A stretch of 64,000 nt of DNA from Lama guanicoe (lineage: Eukaryota). Shown piece after piece: positions 26,353 to 38,990 of the stretch. Position numbers and translations under genes: made by a program. Position 1 is the first letter of the stretch. Every line of letters starts with the position of its first letter. The notes under the pieces were generated by a model, which did no database searches, was not told where the DNA came from, and saw nothing but the letters and a program-made list of their open reading frames with translations. The stretch spans positions 13,687,950 through 13,751,949 of the forward strand of contig MU054323.1 of assembly GCA_013239625.1 (NCBI GenBank), given 5' to 3'.

Positions 26353-28289
26353 AGAGCACTAGATTCTTTGCATCATCACCAGCACTGAGTGTTTTTATGT
26401 TTTAAAACCTTTTTAGTCTAGTAAGTCAAAATAATCATATTTCATTATGATTTTACTTTTGATTTCTTTTACTACTAATGAAGAAAAAGTTTTATGTATT
26501 GTTTATTGGTTGCTTCTAATTTTATTCTTTAAATTGTGTATTTATGTTCCCCTATTTTTTTCCTTAATGAATCTTAGTTGCCCCTTCTCCCCAGTAGGTT
26601 TGTAATGCTAATTTAATTTGAAATTGTCACCCTTCTATGGAAGAACAAGTTCTCTATAAACTTCAGGGAGTTGAGGGAAATTTATATGTCATTTTGCTTT
26701 GTGGTTCAATACAAGCACTTACTTCTTCACAGAAAGATTGGACTATTAACTGTGGCTAACAGCAGCTGCTTTTTAAACTCTGAAGAAAAATAATGAAAAA
26801 AATTGACATTTATTCCCCCAACTGCCACTCTATTTGTAATGAATGGCATATTGACATTTAATGGTTTTAACACTTGTTACAGATGATCTAGAAATTTGTA
26901 GGCTAATCATTAGCATCTAACTTTTAAAATTCGAAATTGGTTAAAACTAATTAAAGTGCCATGCTTAAGAATTTGCAGAACTATAAAAGCCTTACCTACT
27001 AAAAGATTCCAAGAAGACCAACTCTTAGATATAAAATTCCAAGTTTTGCTTAGGAGATCAAGAATTAAATAGCGATAAATAGTATCACCTATAATTGCAG
27101 GAAGCCTATTATTTTCTAAGACAACAAACAAATGTTATATAAGAAAGAGAAAATCAGACTTGTATTAGTTAATATGTGACCTTCAGCACATCATTTAAGC
27201 CTGTTGATTTCTTTGTCTACAAAAGGGAGACTGATGCCTTGGTTACATATTTCAAAATGCCATGAACATTAATGAAGTAATGTCTCTAAGAGATAAAATG
27301 GAAACATTTCTTTTTATGACTCTTGCTAAATTCTCTGCTTTTAATTCTGCCCCCTGTTACTGGACAGCTTTAATTGCAGGACAGTTCTTCCTTATTTTAA
27401 GCTTAAATCTGTCTTCTGCTAATTTCTGCACATTTATTGTAGTTTTATTCTCTGAAACCATGCTAAATTTAATTCTTCTATTATATGTTAGCACTTTAAA
27501 TATTTGAAATAAGCTCCTTAGTTCCCCTCTAAGATTTAGGAAAAATCTGTACTAAGCAGTATTCAGTCTAAAATAATATTTACTTTTTTATTTATGAAAT
27601 ATTTAAAGAATCTGAATGAATTATCATTTTCTTATGTCAAATCATAATTACTAAAACTATTCAATAAAAACTCAGCTACATAGAGTGCTTTACTACAAAA
27701 TGACACACACAGATATTTGGTCATTTTCTATGGTTCATAATACAGGGGAGACAAATAATGTGTCCGACAGAAAGCAGAAGCATTCTGACAGCTGAGCGCA
27801 TGCTGCTTTATAGAGGATGCCTTGTTCTGGCAGAGAGACAACTCTATGGGGTGGAGAGTAATGAGGTAATTGGAAGAAGACCTGGTTTGCATTTGGAGGT
27901 GGATAGTGGTTGGATGAGAATGTAGAGAAATTACTTTCCAGTGCTATGGTCATAGTAAATACTCAGTGTATTTATTTGATCTTCTAGTATGATGATGCTT
28001 TGTTTAAGTCTTTTATTTGGGATTGATGAAAATATAGAACCTATAGTACTATTTTGTTGCTTGTTATCTTTAGTCTTTATTTATGCAATTTAATTTTATC
28101 AGTTCATATTTTTGAAGTATGTATTATGGATCAGACATTGTGCTGGGATGTTAAAATGAATTAGATAATATCTCTGTATTAGGAATTTATGTAAATCAGT
28201 ATAAGTTATATTTTGAAACCCATTAAAATGTTTTTATTTCCTCATCTAAGACTAAGTCACTAGTTAGAAGTTGAAGAGTATCAATCATT

Positions 28290-28830
28290 TCATTTCATTG
28301 CAAGGATCAGAAACACAACCCAAATTAGGTTTAAAAAAGGTTGTATTATCTCATATTTTCTGAGTTTAAATGTCGATCAGCATCACACATTGCTAGATCT
28401 AGGGCTCAACAAATTTCATTAGGACTTTGGCTATGACTCCTTCCATTTTGGCTCTTCTTTGTTTTGTGCTGGCTGTATTTTCAGGCAGGCTCTGTCCATT
28501 TGGCGGCCTCTGGTAGCTCCAAATTGATAGTATCCATAGAGTTAACATTGTCAGTGTAAAGAGTGCTGCTTCTTCCCAATAGTTCCACCCATCCTGGATT
28601 TAAGTCTTGTTTATCTGGGCTGTGTCTTGTACCCATCCCTGAATAAGTTACTACGGCTAGAGCTAAGTGACCAGGCCATTTTATATGCCTGTTTCAGGAG
28701 CTGGGAGCTTTGAGATAGCTGAAGCCCAAACCATAGACACAAAAGTGTGCAAGAGATGGTTACCCATGACATGAGAATGCCATTACCAGCTGGAGAAATG
28801 AGGCCTTGGCAGCAAAAACAGAAGGTATCT
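28290..28830 (-). mobile_element. Old MaLR LTR (MLT1J/K-like)
   Basis: ttgcaaggatcagaaacacaacccaaa...ttttcaggcaggctct...acccatccctgaa. Confidence 0.6.
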
Positions 28831-29949
28831 AATATAAAGATTTACAGTTGAATATCTAATTCATTCTTCCATTCCATAAAATTTGTTGAGTGTCTGGTAT
28901 TTTAAGGTATCATGATAAGTAAATGTAGTCACTGACCTCAGAGTGGTTATAGTCTTTAGGCAGAAAAAGATATGTAAGGTACCATATTAATCAACAAGTA
29001 ACAACTGTCTTTTGATCTCCTTTGTTTAATCTGTCTTCAGTGTTATCATGGGAAACTGTCAAGGCTTTGCTGAAATTGTTACGTATTGCACATTCTATGA
29101 ATGTCAGGCCTGAAATGAAAATATAAGTTAAATTTTTATTGCACTAAAAATGTTCATAAAAATGTTTGGAATCCTGTGCCAGAGACTATGAATGAAGACT
29201 GTGATATATTTACTAGAAGGAACCAGTGGGTGAACACCAGCTATTTTCCTATTACTTGGGTGGGAGGTTGAAAAATCTGGGACTTTAGAACCTTTTGAAA
29301 GGATAAAAGAATGAGTTTGGCAACCTTGGGTGTAGAAATTGTTCATAGAGAGAATAGTTGGAGGTGATGATAATTTTAATCAGGAGGAGAACTGATCGTA
29401 AGTGAAAATCACACAGATAAAGAGCACAAATGTTCTAGTAGGAGAGAACACCTCTAAAAAATTCAGGACTCAGTTGAAATTCTTATTGGAGTGCCAAGAT
29501 GCTCATTCACATGAAATATACTACACATTTGAAGATACACATATATAGATGTATATATATCTTCAAATGTGTAGTATATACATCTTTAAAACAAGTAATC
29601 CAAAACAACATGGCATCTTGGATTCACTCAGGCCTATTTATCATCAGATCCAATCAGACCTAGGTGAGTGCCAAATGTAAGTAGTTCAGTCAAGGTCATA
29701 CATCTTACCTTCTTATTCTCTTCACAGTTTAAATAAAATTTGAACCTTATCTTATATGAATGACTATGTGTTACAGCTTGCGTTTAAGCTTTTTTTGTTG
29801 TTGTTGCTGGCTTTGAAGATCTGCTAGAGAAAGATTACCAAGAAAAACGTAACACTTGGGAAGAGCACAGATGTCATGGTCAAGAATCTCAATATAGGAA
29901 GCTTAGCCTGTTTTCTCTAACTTAGATTGTTTGTTAGAAACAAAGTCCT

Positions 29950-32880
29950 TCTTTCTCTTTCTCTTTTATTAAGTAGATAGAAGAGTATTTCAAAATATGT
30001 GTTTAGTATAACAGATACAGGGGAAACAGTATTCCTACCACCTGATTTGACAAATGGAAAATACCAGTAATTTTGAAGACTCCTTGCTTCTCTTCCTCAA
30101 TTCTATACCATTTTTTTCCTTTTTTCTTACGTAGTAAATTGTTTAGTTTTCCATGTTTTTGAACTTCACATAAAAGGAGTCAGAGATTTTGATTCTTTTC
30201 TGTGTGCTTTAAAATTTTTCCTAACATTGTATTCTTGACACTTATTCATATTTTTACTTTTACTGTAGTTTGTTCATTTTAAATTGTAATTATTCCATTG
30301 TAATATATGGGTAGTATTCTGTTGTATGAATGTACAAATTATTTATCATTCTACTGTTGATGGGTATTTTATGTTTCCAGTTTTAATAGTGGTAGAACTA
30401 TTCTTGTCCAGGTTTCTTAGACTGAGTGTAATTGGAGAGTCATGCATAAGCACATCACCAGAGAAATGACAAATTATTTTCTGACATAACATTAACAACT
30501 AATAGCAGCTGTGTATTAGAGTTCTAATTGCCCCATGTCTTTGTAACTCTTGATATTCATAGTACATTTTTGTTAGTCTGGTAAGTTTGAAATGGTATTT
30601 TATTATGTTTTATTTTGTATTCTTTGATTAGTAATCAACTTGAGTGTATTTGTAACTTATTAGCCCTTTAATATTCCTCTTTGGAGAATTGTCTGTTTAA
30701 GTCTTGGAACCATTTTCTATTGAATTTTTATCTTTCATGATTTTTGATATGTCATTACATACTGAATTAATCTTCACTTTTTCATGGCTTGCTTGTTCAT
30801 TTTCTTCTGTCAGAATATTTCGTTGAACAGAAGATCATAACTGTAATGTACTTAAATGTATCCTTCCTTTATAGTTTGAACTTTTTGCCTTGGTATAAGA
30901 ACTCCAAATAGGGAAATAGGCATTCTTCTATTGTTTTTTATAAAAGTTTCCCCTTGCCCCCACATTTAAGTATTTAATCCCCTGGAATTGACTTTTCATA
31001 GTGTGAGGGTCCAGTTTCCCTTCTTTCACATGGATACTAATTATTTCAAAGCCATTTAATGGAAAGGTATCCTTTTCACATTCACAGATAATGTCATCTT
31101 TTGTCAGGCATCTGTATTCGTATAGGTGAGGGTCTTTTGTTGAGGCCCTTTAATCTGTACCATTGATCTATTCTGTTCCGCTACTAGCATGGTGTATTAA
31201 CTACTAAAAATTCAAAGTATTGATTATCTGCTATGGCATCCCTCATTTTATTTTCTTCTTCAATACAGGTATTCTATTTTGGGTCATTTGAGAGTAAGTT
31301 ACAGATATTATGACAGTTCACCTCTAAATACGTCAGTGTGTATGTTTATCACAGTCACAAAATTTTATAGTGATATAGTACTGTTATTTACTACACAGTC
31401 CATATTCGAATTTCAATCATTGTCCCAATAATTCCTTTTATAGCAACATTCTTCTCCTGAATCCAGATCCAAAGAATGTTGTATAAGTTATATTGTTGCC
31501 TTTTCAGTGCCTGATACCACAATGTCAGTTTCTTTCAATATTGAGACTATTAATTTTGATCACCTGGTTAAGAGTGGTGTCAGCCAGTCTACTGTTTACT
31601 TTTCATTTTTCCCTTATGCAATTAATAAGCAATCAGTGGAAAGAAACTTATGGATTATGTAAATATTCTGTGCTTTATCAAACTTTTTAAAGTTGAATTA
31701 TAGTCAGTTTACAATGTTGAGTCAATTTCTGGTGTACAGCACAATTCTTCAGTCATATATGAGTATAGATATATATTAATTTTCATATTCTTTCTCACCA
31801 TGAGCTACTACAAGACATTGAATATATTTCCCTGTGCTATACAGTATAAACTTATCTATTTTCTATGTACCTGTCAGTATCTGCAAATCTTGAACTCCCA
31901 AACTTTTATCTATAGTTCTACCATCCATTAATAGTTCTTGCCTGAATCAGTTATTTTTATTATCATTTCTAATCAGTTATGTTTTAATCATATCACTCTT
32001 TCTACATTTATCATTACTATTCTTAGAAATATTCTTTTTCAAAATTCTTGGCCATTTAAAAATACTTGTTTTTTACTTTTATTTTCATCTCTTTTACTTC
32101 TTTATATATAATAAAATTAGCTTATATTTTATATTTATATGTGATAATTCCAACATCCGGTCTCTTTAGGTCTGATTTTTGTATCTGCTATTTCCTTGTA
32201 TGTTTTGTAGTTTTTGACCATCAACTCAGTTTTCTTGCTATTTTTGCTGAGGCACTTCTTTGCATTTTTCCAGGGACTTTTGGGAACGATCAGCACTCTA
32301 ACTTTCAACTGCCAACTTCTAGACACTACATTAAATTCTCTGCTGAGCTTTTTCAGACCATTCAGATCAGGCAGTATGAATTTGGGCTGTAAAACTCATG
32401 AAGACTGACTTGTAGCTAAGAATTTTGAGAGAAGAATTTTTCTCCTGCCACTCAGCATTGAAATTCAACAAGTAATGTTTTCTGGCTGTCTTTGAGATGA
32501 GGATGTGGGTCTATTCCAACCTTTCTCTGAGGCCATAGTTGTTAGACAGGTAGCTTCATGGGTGGAGTCTTCTGTGGGATTTCCTGACTTGGAGAGGCCC
32601 TGGCTTTATTTCTGTCCCTGGTTCTGTCCCTGGAAGTCATGATGAATGAAGGTCAGGTTCACCAGTTTTGGTGTGCTTCACGACAAAATCTGACTTTAGT
32701 CGCTTGCTAATCTCTTTCAATTCCTGTTTCCGCTTAATTTTTGGTCTCTGAATATTTCTTACCAGTTTTTAAAATCCATCTGGAACATCTTAAAAAAGGC
32801 TTTAATAATTTCTCTAGTCTTTTAAATTATTTTTAGAGGCAGAGTTGATTGGAGTTCTTCACCAGTGTGCTGTTGGAAAT
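29950..32880 (-). mobile_element. Patchwork of ancient L1M fragments
   Basis: L1M motifs throughout (atttatcattctactgttgatggg, cacatttaagtatttaatcc, ttttgatcacctggttaag). Confidence 0.7.
31688..31898 (-). mobile_element. Short lineage-specific L1 3' UTR insertion nested in old L1
   Basis: ttgaattatagtcagtttacaatgttg...tttccctgtgctatacag, same family as 3902-4159; 9-bp direct repeat caaactttt (31679-31687 and 31899-31907). Confidence 0.85.
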
Positions 32881-35829
32881 GGATCTCTTCACAGTCTCTT
32901 TATTTTCATGTTGAGACACATGAACCACTTTACCTTTGAGTCACATAAACATGAACATATTCAAATACACCATTGGGGTAGACTTCAATATACCTGTTTG
33001 TTCTTTTCACAGAATGATGCATATAAACCATTAGGGGCTTTTGGAGATCATTTTGTGCAATTATAGCCTAAAATCCAGTTTCATAGGTGGTATATTTGTT
33101 TCAGCTTTTTGGCTGTGTTGATGAAATAGTAAGTAAAATGTTTTGGCAGGGAATTAAGTTAGATCTTATGGTCTAAACAGATTTAAAGAATTCTTTTACC
33201 CTTTTTTCAAAATGTTTGTTTGAAGTGACTTTCATAATAATAAACAGACATTTCACAAATAGTAATTAGGTAGGTGAGGAATGAATGGATGAACAAGTAA
33301 GTATTGTTCAATAGTTCTCAGTTTTATGTACAGAGGATAGTCTTCAAATGGCTATCAATGAACGAGTCGGGTTTATGTGTGGCTTCATCCATCTTTAATA
33401 CCTTCGGCAAACCTGACAATGGGAGAGGTTTGGGTAAAGAGGTTTTCAATGAAACATTGTAAATACTTGCTTCATTTCAGCCACTAAATTGAATTTCCAG
33501 CATAAATCCTATTCTAGGCATCAACAGCGCAGTATTATTTGGAAAGGTGCAATTAATGTAAATATAAGTGCTGGCTATTTTTCAAGCTATACTATTCTTT
33601 TTCCACCAAGAGCTAAACAGGTTGTAGCATTTGCTGTCATTGAAATACATTGAATTTTCAAGGACTTCTTCCTGAAGTCTTCTTATTTTATTTGGAGACA
33701 TTTTTGCCTGAAATTCTAGCTGCTGCTGTGCTGAACAGGGTGGATTGTGAAAGTAGTGAGGAACTGTAACAGAATTATGAGGATCTTAAAATCTCTGAAG
33801 AAAGCCTCAGCTTTCTGTGGATAGTGGCCCAAAGCAAGGCAGAAAGTTTCCTGAGCAGGATGGAGAGACTCAGTGTCCATGGTCAGAAAAGAGTTGTTTC
33901 AGTAACTGGCCATCAGGGACTTACCATAGAAACAGAGCAAAACTGGGTTTCTGGCACATAGGCAAGGCTTAAGCATGGCTGGATGTGTCATCTGAATATG
34001 AATTGAGAAACACATTAGGATATAGATCGGCTCCATCTAAGTTACTTCCTAAAGGAATTATTCCTCTTAGAACAGGGTAAAACAATTTTTAATTCTTTCT
34101 GTTTTGAATCTTTGCATATCTTTTATGGTAATAGAAGCCTTACTATTCAAATATGTTTACACAGTGGCTTTACTTTTCTAAGGAATCCTCATGTGTAATA
34201 TGCTACAGAGGTACCAAGAGTCCTGCAAGACCAGATGTCCTGCATTTTAGAAACCAAAGTTTATGAAAGTCTTGACTGCTAAATATCCATTTGTTCATTT
34301 CAGTTATAAATAAAAATATTATTATTACTTTCCTTCTATATGTTAGAGCCAGTGGCTCAGTGGAAAGGTATCTATTTGTAGGTTGCCAAATTTATATCAT
34401 CTCAAATCATTCAACTATGGAGTTCATACTGAGTGTGATCAGATAATTGATGAAGACTATATTATTGCAAAGCTATTTAATTTATCTTTGCCAATGACTC
34501 AGCTTTGGAGGAGTAAATATGTACATTTAAAATAGCTATTTATGTTCAAATATTTTTGGTTTAATAACCAAGTCTGTAATCTGCTCAGTACAGAAAACTC
34601 TACCAGATGTTCCTTTTTGATGTCTGCCTGCTAAAAATGATGGTAGTATGTTCTGACAGCTGCAGTAGACATAATGGTGTAAAGATCCTCATGTTTTCTA
34701 ATGATTTGGGTTTTTGTAACCATTCACTAGTCTCGAAATAAGCAATTGTAGGTGACTTAACAAATGTAGAGAAGAGTTCTGAACATTAGAATGTTTAAAT
34801 CACTTGAAAAAGCACCTTTATAAAAGTCTTGGCACAATTTAAGTTCAAGACTATTTAACATGATTTTGAGTTTCCTGAAGGGTGTTGAATTGTTCTCATA
34901 GACCAAAAAACATGTAGTAGCAATGTTGAAGTGGCCAGGTTGCATCCATTTCCCTTATTCTATTTTATTTCCTTGATATGAACAGATATTTGATATAGAA
35001 CAAGACTATTTTCAGCATTTGCAGTGTCTAGTTTAATTTGGTTTGGTTGCTTAACTATAATCTAAAACTCCAGGTTTTATGTATTTCCTGGGAAGGTCCA
35101 GAATTTGGAAGATGCATATGTTTGGCAGAACTGTGTGATTTATATCCCTCCATTAAAGCAATCGTGTAAGAATATTGTGACTGTTTACTTGTTTCTTTGA
35201 CTTCCCATGAGCCTGTATACTCTAAGGCAAGAAGTGTCTTTGTTTTTTGTTTTGTTTTATGTGTTTCTTTGTGCCTTGTACATGATACACCCTAATAAAA
35301 ATGTATTAAAGTTCAATAACTGAGTAAATGAGAGAATCGATAATGGTTGGGAGGAGAATAGTAAAGTGGCATAGTAAGGAGGAAGTAAAGAAAGGTATTC
35401 AGGTGAATATTCAAATATGTATAAGTGGAACTTACTAGAGAGGTGGGTGAGGATAAAAGGTGAGAGAAGCAGAGGGATATTCTTGTGAGAGCAGTCAACA
35501 CGCTACATAGGCAGATGAAGTTATGAATTGTACATGTATTGCTCAGATTATAAAACAGGCAGAACAGCAAAATGTACCAGTGATAACACAATTCAACTCT
35601 CTGGGTAGCTACTCAGAATTTTGTTGTGCTAAAAGGAGAACATCTGATTAATATTTTACAATTTCAGCTCTCAAAAGGCAGAAGGAGCAACATGGGGAAG
35701 GCTGTTCAGAATCTAGCATTAACACAGTGCTAACAGGCATGGTGTGGAAGAGATAGGAGCTCTGGGGAAAGGACATTTTGGCTGTCTTTGCAAGAAATGA
35801 TTACAACCATTAAATTAAACACATACAAT

Positions 35830-36650
35830 TATTTCTCCATAAAACTGGAAAAAATTATGCACACATTTATAAAAACTGGAATGTAAAGAAATGTAAAAGA
35901 AAAGAAAAGTAACCCCAACTCTCCTTTGATCTGTAATCGCTAACATTTGTGGTATTTCTTCAGGTCTCTCTAAAAAATGAATATACGTATAATACATGCA
36001 TTTTACACATTTGGAATATATGGTTTGGTGACTTTTAAAAATGCTGTTTTCAGAATGATTTTTCCCTATTTTAGATTCCTTTATAGTAGTATTTTGTTAG
36101 ATAAATGATTTTCTGTCTATGGATATATTGTATGTCACGAATACTTAATTTCTTAATATTGGATGCTTAAGTTGTCTTCAAAGTTTACTATAATAAGCAA
36201 TGCTGCAATGATTATATTTATCTAGGATTTAATTCGTATCATTATGTATACGTATTCTGCATAGAAGTCTAAAAGTGAAATTATAGATAGAGTATGACTG
36301 TTGAGACTTTTCATACATTCACTAAAATTCCTGTCTAGGGTTACACTCTCACTAGTGGAATATAGAAGTGATATTTTGCTTTATCTTGGCTTGTATACAA
36401 ATGCATATATACACTATATGTATACATACACAATATAAAATATTAAATATAAATACACAATATACATATTTTGCTTTGCATTTTCTTGATTACTAAAGTG
36501 TTTCTTTGATTACTAAAGAGATTAAAGATTATGAAGAGTTCAGTACACTTGTCAGTCCATGAATTGCCTCTTGAAGGCTTTTACTCTTGTTTTCCTTTTT
36601 TGACTTAAATTTTTCTTATAAATAAATTTGTACTATTTGAATTCTTTAGA
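35830..36650 (-). mobile_element. Ancient L1ME-like fragment
   Basis: ataagcaatgctgcaatga, ctaaaagtgaaatta, ttttgctttgcattttcttgattacta motifs. Confidence 0.55.
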
Positions 36651-36879
36651 TTTATTTTCTTTCTCCTTACTTTGCTTCTGCACTTAACAGGAAGGAAAAG
36701 GAGATGACCTAGCAAGTAAGAATCCTTACTCTTTACAGGGCAGGGATGGAGTGGTGGCTATTATAAATCTTTTATTTCTATTATGGTTAAGTTTTCTGAC
36801 TTTGTATGGTAGGTGGAGAAAGAGAAACTAACAGAGAGAGAGGACTCAAAGGCATAGGTGGGAAACCAGAGGAAAGCAA

Positions 36880-38649
36880 TGAAGGATGGCAGAATATATC
36901 ACCCCAAAATGTGCCACTTTAGCATAATGATTTTTGCACTAAAGGTCTTTGAAAAGCAGGAGGTGCAAGAAGGATGCTCCAGCTTCCGGCCCAACTTTTT
37001 TCCCCCTGAAGGCAGGAAATAAAACTCCCATTTGAAAGATGCTCTCCCTCTACTAGGGAGGAAGGAAACATTATTATCACCAGAGAGAGGAATCAAGGCT
37101 GAGAAAATTGTACAAACAGGGCTTGTTAACGTAACTCTTCTGTTCCCTCATTCTGCCCATGTACTTTGGTTACTTTTCCACAGTTGCCTCTCTTTTCCCC
37201 TCTTCTTTCCAGTTTTACTGAGATTTAATTGACACATAGAACCATGTATGTTTAAGATGTACAGCATAATGATTTGACTTACATACATCATGAAATGATT
37301 ACCACAGTAAGTTTAGTGAACATCATCTCATTTTTCCCTGTGATGAGAACTCTTAAGGTTTAGTCTTTTAACAACTTTCATATATAACATATAACCATGT
37401 TAATTATATTTATCATGTTGTAGATTATATCCCTAGTACTTATTTATCTTATACCTGGAAGTTTGCACCCTTTGACCACCTTCATCTAATTCCCCCTTGC
37501 CTGACCCTTCCCTTTGATAACAACAAATTTGACTTTTTTTCTATGAGTTTGTTTATTTTTGAAGTATTATTGACCTGCAACACTGTGTTGGTTCCTGGTG
37601 CACAACATAGTGATTTGATATTTCTATACATTTCAAAATGATCACCATGATAAGTCTAGTTACCATCTGCCATCATGCAAAGATATTACATTATTATTGA
37701 CTGTATTCCCCACATGTACATTTCATACCCATGACTCATTTATTTTGTAACTGGAAGTTTGTCCCTCTTAATCTCCCTCACCTCCTTTCCCTATACCTCT
37801 CCCTTTTGGCAGCCACCTGCTTATTCTCTGTACCTTTGACTCTGTTTCTATTTTATGTTTGTTAATTTGTTTTGTTTCTTAGATTCCACACAGAAGTGAA
37901 ATACAGTATTTGTCTTTTTCTAACTGACTTATTTCACTTAACATAATACTCTCTAGGTCTTTTCATGTGTTGCAAATAGGAAGATTTTTTTTTAGCACTG
38001 AGTAACATTCCATTGAATATATGTGTGTGTATATGTATATACCACATATTCTTTTTACATTTATCTATTGATGAGCTTTTAGGTTGTTTGCGTATCTTGG
38101 CTATTGTAAATAATGCTGCAGTGAACATAGGGTTGCGTATATCTTTTTCAATTAATGTTTTTGTTTTCTTTGGCTAAGTACACAGGAGTGGAATTGCTGG
38201 ATTATATGGTAGTTCTATTTTTAACATTTTGAGGAACCTCCATACTGTTTTCTGTTGTGGCTACACCAGTTTACATTCCCACCCATGGTGCACAAATGTT
38301 CCCTTTTCTCCAAATCCTCACCAACACTTGTTATTTGTTGTCTTTTTGATAATAACTATTCTGATAGGTGTAAGATGATATCTCATTGTGGTTTTGATTT
38401 GCATTTCTCTGATGATTAGTGATACTGAGCATCTCACAACTGCTTCTCTTTGTTCTACCTAATATGTAGGTACTAAGATTGTTTCACACTTCTTTGGGTC
38501 TTTACTTACTTATGAGGGCCTTTATGTCATGTCAGACTTATTCTAAATAAATTTATGTGCTTTTCTCTTGTTGATTTAATTTTTGTTACAGAGCCCTAGC
38601 CAAGAACCTAAAATGAGTACCGGAAAATTTTTGCTTTCTTATTGCAACA
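36880..38649 (+). mobile_element. ERV1-type solo LTR (MER34-like), split by an L1 insertion
   Basis: Starts tgaaggatggcagaatatatcaccccaaaatgtgccactttagcataa; resumes after 38435 with aaataaatttatgtgcttttctcttgtt...agccctagccaagaaccta; ends ...gcaaca. Confidence 0.8.
37196..38434 (-). mobile_element. L1 3' end (ORF2 C-terminus plus 3' UTR)
   Basis: ORF 37934..38128 MFTAALFTIAKIRKQPK...MWYI; diverged 17-bp TSD cacagttgcctctcttt (37179-37195) and cacaactgcttctcttt (38435-38451). Confidence 0.93.
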
Positions 38650-38759
38650 TCGTGGAAAAACAAGGCAAGAAAGAGTTTCAAAGGGAAGGTGTGGTGAACA
38701 GGAATAATGCCCCAGAGTAGTCACATAATGTAACAACAACAACAAACATTAGAATTGTG

Positions 38760-38990
38760 ATCAGTAAGAGTATCTATTAAGCACTAAGTTTCATTCATTG
38801 TTTACTGCTTTATACGCTCTCCCCACTTAATTCTCACAGCAATTCTATGAAATGGTATTGTTATTATCCCCATTTATAGATTGGGAAACAGAGACTTTCA
38901 GAATTATGCCTAAGATTACACCAGTAGTGTGAGGTTCGGATCAGCTGTTTCTTACTCTGAATTCCAAATATTCACATGACGATGCACTGC
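38760..38990 (-). mobile_element. MIR SINE
   Basis: ttaattctcacagcaattctatga...attatccccatttatagattgggaaacagagact. Confidence 0.8.

Noticed and set aside
32634..32697. C/D box snoRNA (ATGATGA at 32639-32645, CTGA at 32690-32693)
   Set aside because: Only 55 nt box to box, weak terminal stem, no C'/D' boxes or recognisable guide, and it lies in L1-like sequence
36487..36540. Short tandem duplications (ttgattactaaag twice here; ttctgtccctgg twice at 32610-32633)
   Set aside because: Ordinary slippage duplications inside old repeats; no spacer structure, not CRISPR-like
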